Source: an uncultured delta proteobacterium (lineage in GTDB: Bacteria > Desulfobacterota > Binatia > Binatales > Binataceae). Taken from it: a stretch of DNA of 64,000 bases. Each line of letters opens with the position of its first letter. Within the stretch, counting starts at the first letter, position 1. Made by a program: the position numbers and the translations under genes. The stretch is from the NCBI GenBank assembly GCA_963782535.1, contig CAWAKE010000009.1:246222-310221 (forward strand), read 5' to 3'. The notes under the pieces were generated by a model, which saw only the letters and a program-made list of their open reading frames with translations, was not told where the DNA came from and did no database searches. Positions 10,456 through 22,793 of this stretch are shown here, piece by piece.

Positions 10456-11511
10456 TTGTCGGCCATCTCATGCAGCGATAAAGCTCAAACGATTATGAAG
10501 CAGCAATACTGGGAAGTTGTCCAAGCGATGCCGGCCGCCGAGATGACTGAGCGCATGCGGCGGTTCGAGGACCTCGGAATTTACGGGGTGTGGGCACCGC
10601 AACTGCACTGGCCCCCGTTCGTAACCCTGGCCGCTGCCGCGATGGCGAGCACGCGGCTGAAGCTGGGTACCGGCGTCGCGCTGGCTTTCACGCGCAGTCC
10701 GACGGAAACGGCGTTGAGCGCTCTCGACCTCGATCGGATCAGCGCAGGCAGAGCGGTGCTCGGACTCGGCACGAGCGTGCGCATGTTCAATGAACGGTTT
10801 CACGGCGTCGTCTATGGGAAGCCGGTCGCGCATCTGCGTGAAGTCGTCGAGGCAGTTCGCGCCATCATCGAACGCGGACACCAAGGCGATCTCGGGCAAA
10901 TCGATGGCACCTACCACAAGCTCGACCTGAAGGGCTTCAACACTGGCCGTAAGCCGGTGCGAGCGGCGATTCCAATTTATCTGCCCGCCCTGTTTCAAAA
11001 CACAGTGGTCCTCGCCGCGAAGATCGCAGATGGGTTGCTCGGCCATCCGCTATGGTCTCTCCAATGGATTGTCGAGCAGGCGAAGACGCTTGAGCTAGAA
11101 CTGGCCAGGGCGGGGCGTTCACGTGAGCAGTTCCATGTTAATCTGTGGAACTACGTCGCGGTGGCAAACGAACGCAAACAGGCGATCGACGATATGCGCG
11201 GAACCGTCGCATTTTATTCGAGCATCGCGCAATACGAGAAGTACTTCGCGGCGCACGGCTTTAGCGCGCAGGCTCGTGCGGTGGTTGAAGCGGCTGGGCG
11301 AAACGATTGGGCCGCAATGTTGAAAGCGGTCCCCGACGAAATGGTTACGACCTTCGCGATTGCGGGGACTGCTGACGAAGTGCGCGAGTGCGTTGATCGG
11401 ATGTGGCGGCACGCGGACTCGCTGACGCTGTCGGCACCGCAGAATTTCCTGTCGGCGGCGCGGATTGCCGAGTATCGCGAAGCGATTGTAGCGACGCTTT
11501 ACAGGACGTAG
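10456..11511 (+). CDS. LLM-class F420/flavin-dependent oxidoreductase
   Basis: 351 aa luciferase-like fold (LKLGTGVALAFTRSPTETALSALDLDRISAGRAVLGLGTS). The track ORF begins on TTG. The ATG at MKQQYW (~10495) is an alternative start. Confidence 0.8.
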   Translation: MSAISCSDKAQTIMKQQYWEVVQAMPAAEMTERMRRFEDLGIYGVWAPQLHWPPFVTLAAAAMASTRLKLGTGVALAFTRSPTETALSALDLDRISAGRAVLGLGTSVRMFNERFHGVVYGKPVAHLREVVEAVRAIIERGHQGDLGQIDGTYHKLDLKGFNTGRKPVRAAIPIYLPALFQNTVVLAAKIADGLLGHPLWSLQWIVEQAKTLELELARAGRSREQFHVNLWNYVAVANERKQAIDDMRGTVAFYSSIAQYEKYFAAHGFSAQARAVVEAAGRNDWAAMLKAVPDEMVTTFAIAGTADEVRECVDRMWRHADSLTLSAPQNFLSAARIAEYREAIVATLYRT

Positions 11512-11553
11512 GGGACCGGTTCGAACGATTGCAAAATCACGAGGAGAAAGAAA

Positions 11554-12798
11554 TTGGCAGATCCTAAACTCCGCTTTGGCGCTTTCGTGGCCCCCTTCCA
11601 TCCGGTGGACGAAAATCCGACTTTGGCACTGGAGCGCGATCTCGATCTGATTCAGCTGATGGATCGGCTCGGCTACGACGAAGTCTGGATTGGGGAACAT
11701 CATTCCGGCGGTTACGAGATCATCGCCAGCCCCGAACTGTTTATCGCGACCGCCGCCGAACGCACACGTCATATCCGGCTCGGCACCGGAGTCGTTTCGC
11801 TGCCCTACCACAATCCGTTAATGGTCGCGCAGCGAATCAATCAGCTCGATCACATCACTCGCGGGCGGACGATGTTCGGCGTGGGTCCGGGTGCGCTGCC
11901 GTCGGACGCGATGATGCTGGGGATCGAAGTCGTCAAGCAGCGCGATCGCATGGACGAAGCGCTCGATGTCATCGTCCCACTTTTGCGCGGCGAGACCGTG
12001 ACTGCGCAGACCGATTGGTTCACGCTCAACAACGCGCGTCTGCATCTCAGTCCCTATACACGGCCGCGAATCGAGATGGCGGTCGCGAGCCAGGTTTCAC
12101 CCACCGGCGCACGTGCCGCCGGCAAACATGGCCTCGGGCTGCTCTCGATCGGGGCGACGACTACCGGCGGGTTCAATGCACTCGCTGCCAATTGGGAGAT
12201 TTGCGAGGAGACCGCGCGCGATAACGCAACCAGCGTCGATCGACAATTCTGGCGCGCGGTCGGGCCGGTACATGTCGCCGAGACGCGCGAGAAGGCGCGG
12301 GAGAACGTCCGCTTCGGACTCGAGAAATGGCTATATTATTTTCGTGAAGTCGCGGCGCTGGCGCTGGCTCCGGTAGGCGGCGCCGATCCGATCGACGCCG
12401 TCGTGGACAGCGGACTCGCGGTCATCGGCACTCCCGATGATTGCATCGCGCAAATCGAAAAGCTGCAAAAGCAATCCGGCGGGTTCGGGTGCTTCCTGCA
12501 GCTTGCGCACAACTGGGCGAACTGGGAGGCGACCCAGCATTCCTATGAGATGATCGCCCGTTACGTGATGCCGCATTTTCAGGGTTCGAACACCAATCGC
12601 GATCAATCGATCGAATTTGCCCGGAGCAATTACACCGATCTGGTGGGGCAGGCGAGGGTAGCGGTCGGCACTCGCGTTGCCCAATACGTCGCCGAGAAAG
12701 GCGCACAAAATATCCAGCCCGAAGTTCTGCAGGCATTCGAATCCGAGCTCCGCACAACGCAGGGTCCGGCGAAGAAAAGGGCGGGCGGAAAAGTATGA
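11554..12798 (+). CDS. LLM-class flavin monooxygenase, limonene-1,2-monooxygenase (LimB)-like
   Basis: 414 aa; RFGAFVAPFHPVDENPTLALERDLDLIQLMDRLGYDEVWIGEHHSGGYE is the characteristic N-terminus of the LimB-type LLM subfamily. TTG start per track. Confidence 0.8.
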   Translation: MADPKLRFGAFVAPFHPVDENPTLALERDLDLIQLMDRLGYDEVWIGEHHSGGYEIIASPELFIATAAERTRHIRLGTGVVSLPYHNPLMVAQRINQLDHITRGRTMFGVGPGALPSDAMMLGIEVVKQRDRMDEALDVIVPLLRGETVTAQTDWFTLNNARLHLSPYTRPRIEMAVASQVSPTGARAAGKHGLGLLSIGATTTGGFNALAANWEICEETARDNATSVDRQFWRAVGPVHVAETREKARENVRFGLEKWLYYFREVAALALAPVGGADPIDAVVDSGLAVIGTPDDCIAQIEKLQKQSGGFGCFLQLAHNWANWEATQHSYEMIARYVMPHFQGSNTNRDQSIEFARSNYTDLVGQARVAVGTRVAQYVAEKGAQNIQPEVLQAFESELRTTQGPAKKRAGGKV

Positions 12799-12958
12799 TG
12801 ATCGGATTCGGTTACTGACGATAGCTTCGCAACCCGCGTGAATTGTCGAAGCGTCAGTGCCGCCGATTTCTGTTGCGCCGTTCGTCTCATTGGCGTGACG
12901 GACGCTACTTCAGAGCGCGGGTGTTTCATGGCGGCGCGCCAGGGCTGACGCGGCTCGT

Positions 12959-14080
12959 TCAGTATCCGCTCAGAGTGGCGACGCGCTCGCGATGGAAGGG
13001 CGGCGCGCCGAAATAGGATTCGTTGAAGCGCGCGCGCTTGAACCACAGATGCAGATCGTGGTCCCAGGTGAAGCCGATCCCGCCATGCATCAGTACCGCG
13101 CGGTCCGCGCTGCGCATGTACACCTCGCACATTCGCGCCTTTACCATTGCGGCGGCGCGCGAGGCTTCGCGAGGCAGCGCGTCGAGTGCGTGCGCGGCGT
13201 ACCATAGCAACGAACGGGCTGGTTCCGTGTCGGCGAGGATCTCGGCGGCAGCGTGCTGCAAGGCCTGGTACGAACCGATTGGCCTGCCGAATTGCTCGCG
13301 CACCTTCGAATATTCCACCGCCATCTCGAGTGCCCGCTCAGTTCCGCCGAGCGAGTCCGCAGCGATTGCGACAGAGGCGACATCGACCAGGTGATCGTAA
13401 AGACCAGCGCCGCCGCCGAGCGCCGCCTCTGCGGGAACCACAACCGCATCGAGTTCCATTGCGCAGACCCGCCGCGTCAGGTCGAGATTTTTAAGGCGGC
13501 GGATGTAGACACCCGGATTATTCCGCTCGACCAGAAAGAGACCGAGATCGCGAACGCCCGGACCCGTACGCGCCGCCACTATCACGAAGTCTGCCACATG
13601 GGCATAAGGGACAATCATCTTGGCGCCGTTCAAGACCCATGCGCTTCCGCTCTTCCGCGCTGTAGCGTTGAGGTCGCCGGGATTGATGCTGTCGTTGGCC
13701 TCGACTATCGCGACGGTCCCGAGCGCCCGTCCTTCGGCAAGCGGCGCCAGCCAGCGATCGTTGAGATCATCGGACCCGCCGCCGGCAAGCGTCGCGGCCG
13801 CAAGCACTGACGAAAACAGAAACGGTCCGGGCAGCGCCGCGTAGCCGGATTCCTCGAGCAGCACGATCATATCGAGCATCCCGAGTCCGGCGCCGCCGAA
13901 TTTTTCCGGGACGATCAGGCCGTTCCAGCCGAGGTTGGCGATCTGCTGGTAGAGGCCGTGTGGCATCCCGGCCTCGTCGCTCATGATTTCTCGCACGCGC
14001 GTGGTCGGACATTCCCTGGATAGGAAATTGCGCGCGCTGTCCTTGAGTTGCTGTTGTTCTTCGGCGAGTCCGAAATTCAT
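12959..14080 (-). CDS. acyl-CoA dehydrogenase family protein
   Basis: 373 aa; MNFGLAEEQQQL start, FGGAGLGMLD, C-terminal YQALQH..E and GGIGFT motifs. Confidence 0.85.
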   Translation of the reverse strand: MNFGLAEEQQQLKDSARNFLSRECPTTRVREIMSDEAGMPHGLYQQIANLGWNGLIVPEKFGGAGLGMLDMIVLLEESGYAALPGPFLFSSVLAAATLAGGGSDDLNDRWLAPLAEGRALGTVAIVEANDSINPGDLNATARKSGSAWVLNGAKMIVPYAHVADFVIVAARTGPGVRDLGLFLVERNNPGVYIRRLKNLDLTRRVCAMELDAVVVPAEAALGGGAGLYDHLVDVASVAIAADSLGGTERALEMAVEYSKVREQFGRPIGSYQALQHAAAEILADTEPARSLLWYAAHALDALPREASRAAAMVKARMCEVYMRSADRAVLMHGGIGFTWDHDLHLWFKRARFNESYFGAPPFHRERVATLSGY

Positions 14081-14117
14081 TCGCGATGGCCTCAGGCGCG
14101 GTACTGTTCGATGAACC

Positions 14118-15305
14118 TCAACGCCCCTTGGGCATCTTGAGGCCGCGTTCTGCGATGATATTTTTCTGGATATGCGAGGTGCCGCCGCCGATCACGAGAC
14201 CGAGCGAGAACATCCATTCATAGGGCCAGAAGCCGCGATCCAACGCGTATTCCTCGTTGCGCGCCAACATCGAATAGTCGCCCATCACTTCCATCGCGGC
14301 AGTCGAGAGGTCGTGGTTGAGTTCGGTGCCGACCAGCTTGTTGACCATCGCGGCGATTCCAGGATTGCGCCCGTGAATCGAATCGGTGAGCTGTCGCAGC
14401 ATGTGGTACTTCATCGACTCGACGCGAATCTCGAGGTCGGCGAGGCGCTGGCGGAAGACCGGATCCTTTCCCAGTGGCCTGCCGTTGCGCATGACCGATC
14501 GGGCCAGCAGCTTAAGCCGGTTGAACAGCATCTGCGTGGTGACGGTCGAGCCCAGCGCGTTGCGTTCGTGAAAGAGCGTCGTGTTGGCGACCATCCAACC
14601 TTCATTAAGTTTGCCCACGAGGTTTTCGCGCGGGACGGAGACGTTGTCGAAGAAAACCTCGTTGAAGCCGCGGTCGCCGGTCATCTGCACCAGCGGCCGG
14701 ACAGTAATCCCGGGGGTCTTCATGTCGATGAGGATGTAGGAGATGCCGCGATGCTTCGGCGCCTCGGGATCGGTACGGACCAGGCAGAACATCCAGTCGG
14801 AGTAGTGCGCGCCGGAAGTCCAGATTTTCTGGCCGTTGACGACGAATTCGTCGCCGACGATTTCAGCGCGCGTGCGCAGCGAGGCGAGGTCGGAACCCGA
14901 GCCCGGCTCGGAATAGCCCTGGCACCAAATTTCCTCGCCGCTCAGAATTTTCGGCAGGTAGCGGCGCTTCTGATCTTCGGTACCCCAGGTGATCAAGGTC
15001 GGCCCGAGCAATGGGATACCGCCGCCGACCGGTCCGGGTGCGCGCGCCCGCACCATCTCCTCGTTGACGATCGACTGTCGCACCGGGTCCATCGCCTGTC
15101 CGCCGTACTCCTTGGGCCAGGACAGTGCGAGGTATCCCTCTTCGTGCATTCGGCGATGCCAGACCTTCATCTTTTCGAGCGTGGTCTTTTCCGCATGTGC
15201 GCGGTTATCCGCACCGCGAAGTCCGCTCTTTGGCAGGTTCTCTTCGAGCCAATCGCGAACTTCCTTCCGAAAGCTCGCCTCTTCAGCAGTGTAATTCAGG
15301 TCCAT
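14118..15305 (-). CDS. acyl-CoA dehydrogenase family protein
   Basis: Internal start MDLNYTAEEASFRKEV (typical ACAD N-terminus) at 15305. Rest of the protein has the ACAD middle beta-barrel and C-terminal helical domain (CQGYSEPGSGSDLASL, IGGGTSHIQKNIIAERGL). The 98-aa upstream extension in the track ORF is low-complexity. Confidence 0.8.
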   Translation of the reverse strand: MDLNYTAEEASFRKEVRDWLEENLPKSGLRGADNRAHAEKTTLEKMKVWHRRMHEEGYLALSWPKEYGGQAMDPVRQSIVNEEMVRARAPGPVGGGIPLLGPTLITWGTEDQKRRYLPKILSGEEIWCQGYSEPGSGSDLASLRTRAEIVGDEFVVNGQKIWTSGAHYSDWMFCLVRTDPEAPKHRGISYILIDMKTPGITVRPLVQMTGDRGFNEVFFDNVSVPRENLVGKLNEGWMVANTTLFHERNALGSTVTTQMLFNRLKLLARSVMRNGRPLGKDPVFRQRLADLEIRVESMKYHMLRQLTDSIHGRNPGIAAMVNKLVGTELNHDLSTAAMEVMGDYSMLARNEEYALDRGFWPYEWMFSLGLVIGGGTSHIQKNIIAERGLKMPKGR

Positions 15306-15546
15306 GTCGCGACCATCTCGCCGGCGTTGCCTGGGGACGCGGTCAATCAGCGTCGATTCAACATACTCAAAATCGACCGATGCTACCAAACCAGACAACG
15401 GCCTCGTCCGCGAGCGGATCTGCTTCGGCGATATTCGTCCAATCGCCTTGAAATATCCCGCGCAGTTGGCTAACGCTCGTGGCCAAGCACCAGACAGGTA
15501 TCTGAATATATGCGTGCTGCGCCCACGGCCAAGGAGTTTGCCCCCA

Positions 15547-17370
<1,824 letters not shown>

Positions 17371-17410
17371 CGAAGCGCTGCCGTGGACTTAACGGTTTGA
17401 ACAAAAGCGG

Positions 17411-17444
17411 GGGCCGGCTTAGCGCCGGCCCTCGCTTTATTTTG
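17411..17444. terminator. bidirectional rho-independent-type terminator between convergent BVMO and ACAD genes
   Basis: Perfect 8-bp stem GGGCCGGC / GCCGGCCC with loop TTAGC, followed by TCGCTTTATTTT. Lies between the stop of the + strand BVMO gene and the stop of the - strand ACAD gene. Confidence 0.5.
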
Positions 17445-17458
17445 CACTGCCGCGCGTC

Positions 17459-18619
17459 TCAGTACGATCGTGGCATTCTGAGCAGATGCTCGCCGACGTA
17501 ACTCAGGATCAGGTTGTTGGAGATCGGAGCAGTACGGTAGAGGCGAGCTTCGCGCCATTTGCGCTCGACGTGATACTCCTTGGCAAAGCCGTAACCGCCG
17601 AGCGCGTTCATAGCGGCCTCACCGGCCTCCCAAGCGGCTTCAGAAGCCATATACTTAGTCATGTTCGCTTCGGCGCCACAGGGTAGTCCGGCGTCGAAGA
17701 GTGCGGCCGCCTTGAGCCTCATCAGATCCGCTGCCTGCACGGCGACGTGAGCCTTGGCGATGGGAAACTGCACACCCTGATTCATGCCGATGGGCCGGTC
17801 GAAGACGCGGCGCTCGTTCGAATACTTGACTGAGTATTCGACAAACCAACGTCCGTCGCCGATAGATTCGCTGCCGACCAGAATGCGCTCGGCGTTGAGC
17901 GAACTTAATACATAGGAAAAACCCTTGCCTTCCTCGCCGATGAGCGCATCGCGCGGCAGGGTCAGGTTATCGATGAAGAGCTGGTTGGTCCCGTGATTGA
18001 CCATGGTGGCGATCGGCACCGCCCTGATCGCGTCGCCACACTCTCTGAGATTGACGAGAAAGAGACTCATGCCATCGGTCTTTTTCTTGACCTGGTCGAA
18101 CGGCGTTGTGCGGGTAAGCAGCAGCAGCATGTCCGAGTGCTGAAAGCGCGAGGTAAAGATTTTCTGTCCGTTGATCACGTACTGATCGCCCTGGCGGCGG
18201 GCGAAGGTTTTAATCCTGGGGGTCTCCGAACCCGCGTCCGGCTCGGTGATGCCGAAGGATTGCAGGCGCAACTCGCCCGAGGCGATGCGCGGCAGGTAAT
18301 TCTGTTTCTGACCGGCGCTGCCATGCTTGAGGATCGAGGCCATGGTGTACATTTGCGCATGGCAGGCGACCGCATTCCCGCCGCTGCAATTGATCTCTTC
18401 GAGAATGATCGACGCCTCGAGCATCCCGAGTCCGGCACCGCCATATTCCTCGGGAATCAACGCAGCGAGCCAGCCGGCCTCGCTCAAGGTTTTGACGAAT
18501 TCGTCGGGATAGGCATTTTTCTCGTCGCAACCGCGCCAATACTCATTGCCGAAACGGGCGCACAGGGCGGCGACAGCGGCGCGGATTTCCTTCTGGTTAT
18601 CGGAATACTCGAAATCCAT
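17459..18619 (-). CDS. acyl-CoA dehydrogenase family protein
   Basis: 386 aa; MDFEYSDNQKEIRAAV start, EEYGGAGLGMLEA, GITEPDAGSE, QMYTMASIL. Confidence 0.85.
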   Translation of the reverse strand: MDFEYSDNQKEIRAAVAALCARFGNEYWRGCDEKNAYPDEFVKTLSEAGWLAALIPEEYGGAGLGMLEASIILEEINCSGGNAVACHAQMYTMASILKHGSAGQKQNYLPRIASGELRLQSFGITEPDAGSETPRIKTFARRQGDQYVINGQKIFTSRFQHSDMLLLLTRTTPFDQVKKKTDGMSLFLVNLRECGDAIRAVPIATMVNHGTNQLFIDNLTLPRDALIGEEGKGFSYVLSSLNAERILVGSESIGDGRWFVEYSVKYSNERRVFDRPIGMNQGVQFPIAKAHVAVQAADLMRLKAAALFDAGLPCGAEANMTKYMASEAAWEAGEAAMNALGGYGFAKEYHVERKWREARLYRTAPISNNLILSYVGEHLLRMPRSY

Positions 18620-18741
18620 CTAATTCTCCTCTAAGACGCGGCGAGTGGCCTTCGGCGCAGATACATTTCCGACGCCTTGGCGGGCAGGACTTCAAGATAC
18701 GACCCGTGGACTTCACGACTCCACAAAATACAATCGACTCA

Positions 18742-19527
18742 TCAGCGATTTTTCCAAACCGGGGCGCGCTTTTCGTTGAATGCCGCGATGCCCTCGAGCC
18801 GGTCCTCGCTGCCGATGAGCACGTTGTAGGCCGCGATATCCAGTGCGTAGGCCGTGCGCGAGTCGCAGTCCATACCACGGTGGAGGGCGACCTTGGCCGC
18901 GCGAACCGCCATCGGCGCACTAGCGACGATCGCGTTGGCAATCTCGATTGCGGTTTCGAGCGCGCGGCCCTCCGGCACGACTCGATTAACCAGCCCCCAT
19001 TCGCAAGCAACGTCCGCCTTGATCGCGCGGCCGGTATAGATGAGCTCGCTCGCACGGCGGATTCCGATGGCGCGTGCGAGACGATGGATGCCGCCGCCGC
19101 CGGGCATGATTCCCCGCGTGATCTCCTTGACGGCGAACTCCGCGGTGTCGGAGGCGACAATGAAGTCCGTCCCGAGCGCCAGTTCGCAACCGCCCGCATA
19201 AGCGAAGCCCTCGACCGCGGCGACGATTGGCAGCGGAAAATTCCATAACGCCTCGAACATCTCTTCGATCAGATGATGTTGCTGGCGCCATTGCTCGTTG
19301 CTCATGCCGTTGCGTTCTTTGAGATCGCCGCCGGTCGAGAACGCGCGGCTGCCGGAGCCGGCCATAACCATGCATCGGAGGTCGTCGTTGTAGGACTGTT
19401 CGCGAAAGAGACTAAGAAGTTCGGTCATCATCCGGGTGTTCATGGCGTTCAGCGCGCCTGGGCGATTCAAGGTCAAAACGGCGAGGCCGGCGGTGGCGCC
19501 GGGCCAATCCAATTTCAAGGTTTCCAT
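18742..19527 (-). CDS. enoyl-CoA hydratase/isomerase family protein
   Basis: Crotonase fold: LTLNRPGALNAM, AFSTGGDLKE oxyanion-hole segment, AAVEGFAYAGGCELAL. Start trimmed to METLKLD. Confidence 0.8.
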   Translation of the reverse strand: METLKLDWPGATAGLAVLTLNRPGALNAMNTRMMTELLSLFREQSYNDDLRCMVMAGSGSRAFSTGGDLKERNGMSNEQWRQQHHLIEEMFEALWNFPLPIVAAVEGFAYAGGCELALGTDFIVASDTAEFAVKEITRGIMPGGGGIHRLARAIGIRRASELIYTGRAIKADVACEWGLVNRVVPEGRALETAIEIANAIVASAPMAVRAAKVALHRGMDCDSRTAYALDIAAYNVLIGSEDRLEGIAAFNEKRAPVWKNR

Positions 19528-19694
19528 GGCAATACCTCGATGTTCCAAACCAAATCAGGAGATCTTTCAGGCCGCAAAGCGCCGCAAAGGAATCGGATAC
19601 ATTGCGCGGATCCGGGCCACGATACTACGTAAAAGTGCAGTTGTCCGATGACGATCCGAGATGCAGCGAGACGCTAGCCCCTGTGCGCGAAGCC

Positions 19695-20609
19695 TCACGC
19701 GAGCGGGGGTGGTGAAGTCCAGCAGGGTCCGGCCTTCGGCAACATCGCGGGCAGGGGGTGTTCGAGCATCTCTTCGAACCAGCGGGAAGTTTCGACCAAT
19801 TTGTCGAGGTCGACGCCGGTCTTGATGCCCATGCCTTCGAGCATGAAGACCAGATCGTCCATCGGGATGTTGCCGGTGGCCTTCGGCGCAAAGGGGCATC
19901 CGCCGGCTCCGCCGGTAGAGGCGTCGAGCACGTCGGCGCCTGCGCTCACCGCGGCGAAGGCATTTGCGAGTCCGAGGTTGCGGGTGTTGTGGACATGAAT
20001 ACCGATCCGCACGCCGGAGAATTCCTTGCGCGCGCGCGCCAGGATGCGCTCGATTTGCGGCGGTACCGCCATCCCGACAGTATCGGCGAAATCGACTTCA
20101 GCCACTCCAGCTTCGACAAATTGCGCCGCGAGAGCGAGGACCCGGTCGGGATCGACCGCCCCCTCGAAGGGGCAGCCGAAGGAAGTTGCGATGGTGCCGG
20201 TGAGTTCGACTTGGTCGCGGCTCGCGCGCTCGAAAATTGGGCGATACGCGGCCATCGTGGCTTCGGGGAGTGCGTTAGCGTTTTTCTGGTTCATGGTATC
20301 GGTCGCGGCGACGACCAGTCGTATATAGCGCGCGCCGGCCTGAACCGCGCGATCGTAACCGCGATCGTTCAGCACCAGCACGATTGGCCGAATGCCGGGA
20401 ATTTCCGCGGCGGCGCGAAATACCTCTTCGGCATCGGCCATTTGCGGCACCCACTTGGGGCTGGCAAAGGAAGCGACCTCGATCCAGCGCATACCAGCCG
20501 CGGCGAGGCGGCGGATCAGGTCAAGTTTTTGCGCGGACGAGAGCATGATTTTTTCATTTTGAATGCCGTCGCGCGGGGCCACGTCACACAGGATGATCTG
20601 GTCGTTCAT
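19695..20609 (-). CDS. hydroxymethylglutaryl-CoA lyase-like (HMGL-like/DRE-TIM aldolase)
   Basis: ILCDVAPRDGIQNEK catalytic segment, GIHVHNTRNLGLANA and GGCPFA motifs. Internal ATG at 20609 is preceded by GGAGG. Confidence 0.8.
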   Translation of the reverse strand: MNDQIILCDVAPRDGIQNEKIMLSSAQKLDLIRRLAAAGMRWIEVASFASPKWVPQMADAEEVFRAAAEIPGIRPIVLVLNDRGYDRAVQAGARYIRLVVAATDTMNQKNANALPEATMAAYRPIFERASRDQVELTGTIATSFGCPFEGAVDPDRVLALAAQFVEAGVAEVDFADTVGMAVPPQIERILARARKEFSGVRIGIHVHNTRNLGLANAFAAVSAGADVLDASTGGAGGCPFAPKATGNIPMDDLVFMLEGMGIKTGVDLDKLVETSRWFEEMLEHPLPAMLPKAGPCWTSPPPLA

Positions 20610-20903
20610 ATTGATAACCTCCATCTGCGTGACGATGCGGCGGCACGCCCTCGCAATAACCTAATCCCTTGGAATCCATGAGACCGCTGCGATTATCGCC
20701 GATTACGAGCGGCGATCAAGCTCTGGCGAGAAATGACGGAACTCACGGCCCGGACGCTGCATCATGGCTTGCGTCTGCGAAATCCAATCGGGTGGGAGGC
20801 AGAACCGCCCGTGCGATCAGCCGCGTCGCGAAATCGCTTGCTTGCCGCGCGCCGATTTTTGTGAACATAGGCAATATCAATTGCATCGTGCGGGACGGGA
20901 ACT

Positions 20904-21878
20904 ATGAAAGTCGGCTTCATTGGCTTGGGAACGATGGGCTCGCTGATGGCGGGTAATCTGCAAAAGGCGGGGCATCAGTTGGTCGTCAACGACGCGCGGC
21001 CGGAATGTGCGGCGCCGCTTCTCGCTCACGGCGCGGTTTGGGCCGAGACCGCTGCGGAGGTTGCGGCGCAGGCGGAAGTCGTATTCAGTTCGCTGCCGGG
21101 TCCGGCGGAGGTCGAGGAAGTCGCGTTGGGCGCGCACGGAATTCTCGCCGGTATCGCCGCGGGCGGGGTGTACTTCGATCTATCGACCAACTCGCCATCG
21201 CTGGCGCGCCGCATCAACGGCGCATTTGCGGAGAAGGGATCGCAGATGCTCGACGCACCGGTGAGCGGAGGTCCGGCGGGCGCTGCTACCGGCAAGCTTG
21301 CGCTGTGGGTGAGCGGGGACGAAGCGGCCTTCGATCGCTATCGGCCGCTGCTGTTGGACATCGGGGATCAGCCGCGTTACGTCGGGCCGAGCGGTGCGGG
21401 ATCGGTCGCCAAGCTGGTGCACAATTGTGCGGGTTACATATTGAATACCGCGTTAGCGGAGGTCTTCACACTGGGGGTCAAGGCGGGGGTCGAGCCGCTC
21501 GACCTGTGGGAGGCGGTGCGCCATGGCGCGTTGGGCCGGCGGCGGCTTTTCGATCTGGTGACCGACCATTTCCTGCCCGACAAGTACGACCCGCCGAATT
21601 TTGCATTGCGGCTCGCGCACAAGGATGTGGGACTGGCGACGGCGCTGGGAAAGGAGCTTGGGGTTCCGATGCGCCTGGCAAACCTGACGCTCGAAGAGAT
21701 GACCGAGGCCTTGAACCGGGGCTGGGGGAATCGGGATTCGAGGGTGACGATGCTGCTGGAGACGGAGCGTGCAAACGTAAAAGTCGCCGTCGATCCCGAG
21801 CGGCTGCGCGCCGCGATGGCGCGCGTTGCGCGGAGTTCCCGCGAGTCCCGCGAATCCAATGACAAGCGCCGAGATTGA
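20904..21878 (+). CDS. NAD(P)-dependent 3-hydroxyisobutyrate-dehydrogenase-family oxidoreductase
   Basis: MKVGFIGLGTMGSLMAGNL Rossmann start; DAPVSGG and catalytic-Lys region GSVAKLVHN typical of the HIBADH/6PGDH-NAD-binding family. Confidence 0.75.
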   Translation: MKVGFIGLGTMGSLMAGNLQKAGHQLVVNDARPECAAPLLAHGAVWAETAAEVAAQAEVVFSSLPGPAEVEEVALGAHGILAGIAAGGVYFDLSTNSPSLARRINGAFAEKGSQMLDAPVSGGPAGAATGKLALWVSGDEAAFDRYRPLLLDIGDQPRYVGPSGAGSVAKLVHNCAGYILNTALAEVFTLGVKAGVEPLDLWEAVRHGALGRRRLFDLVTDHFLPDKYDPPNFALRLAHKDVGLATALGKELGVPMRLANLTLEEMTEALNRGWGNRDSRVTMLLETERANVKVAVDPERLRAAMARVARSSRESRESNDKRRD

Positions 21879-21893
21879 AGCTGGGGGTGCGCG

Positions 21894-22703
21894 ATGGCTG
21901 AACGACTAGCCGAATACGAGCTGTTTGCGATTCGATACGCAAGGCGCGACGCGATGCGCCGTGACCACTTCATCATGGGCGATGCGCACGATGCGCCGAT
22001 GCCGATGGATTATTTCGTGTGGGCGGCAGTTTCGCCCGAGCGGAGCGTCATCATCGACACCGGCTTTACCAGTGAGACGGCGGCAAAGCGGGGGCGGGAA
22101 TTTCTGCGCTGTCCAGTGCAATCGCTCGAGCTGATAGGTCTCGACCCGGAAAAAATCCGCGACGTGATTATCACCCATTTGCATTACGACCATGTGGGGA
22201 ACTTCCAACGCTTCGGCAACGCGCGTTTTCATCTGCAGGAGAAAGAGATTCTGTTCGCGGTCGGGCGCCACATGCGGCATCCGTTGCTGCAGCATTCGTA
22301 TGAGGTCGAAGACATCGTCGCACTGGTGCGGGCGAACTATGCGCGGCGGGTCACGCTATATGGTGGGCCCGCAGAAATCGCGCCAGGGATAACAATTCAT
22401 CCGGTCGGCGGGCACACGCCGGGGGTTCAATTCGTGCATGTGCATACGCGGCGCGGATGGGTAGTAGTGGCGTCGGACGTGACTCACTATTACGAGAACA
22501 TGGAGCGTGGCCGTCCTTTTCCGGCGGCGATAAACATACCCGACATGCTCGAGGCGTTTGAAAAGCTGGTGGAAGCGGCGCCGACGCGCAATCATATTAT
22601 ACTTGGGCACGATCCGCTGGTGATGCGGCGGTACCCGCCGGCGGCGGCGAAGCTGGAGGGAATCGTCGTCAGGCTGGATGTTGATCCGAAGATCGATCAA
22701 TAA
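21894..22703 (+). CDS. MBL-fold metallo-hydrolase, N-acyl-homoserine-lactonase-like (probable lactone hydrolase)
   Basis: YELFAIRYA start typical of AttM/AiiB-type lactonases, zinc motif ITHLHYDHVGN (HxHxDH) and later HTPG. Confidence 0.7.
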   Translation: MAERLAEYELFAIRYARRDAMRRDHFIMGDAHDAPMPMDYFVWAAVSPERSVIIDTGFTSETAAKRGREFLRCPVQSLELIGLDPEKIRDVIITHLHYDHVGNFQRFGNARFHLQEKEILFAVGRHMRHPLLQHSYEVEDIVALVRANYARRVTLYGGPAEIAPGITIHPVGGHTPGVQFVHVHTRRGWVVVASDVTHYYENMERGRPFPAAINIPDMLEAFEKLVEAAPTRNHIILGHDPLVMRRYPPAAAKLEGIVVRLDVDPKIDQ

Positions 22704-22793
22704 AGCGTGCGGGAATTTGCGATGCAGAGCAAAGTCGATCGCCCGCATGAATTGTAGCAATCGATACCAATCGAAACATTCGAGGAGGAACCA

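Noticed and set aside
14172-15473. 433-aa + strand ORF
   Set aside because: Antisense to the ACAD gene 14118..15305. No motifs.
15304-15546. 81-codon N-terminal extension of the BVMO ORF (similar extensions at 14118..15599 and 25244..26758)
   Set aside because: These extensions run across divergent intergenic DNA, are Arg/Ser/Pro-rich, and precede canonical enzyme N-termini with their own ATG.
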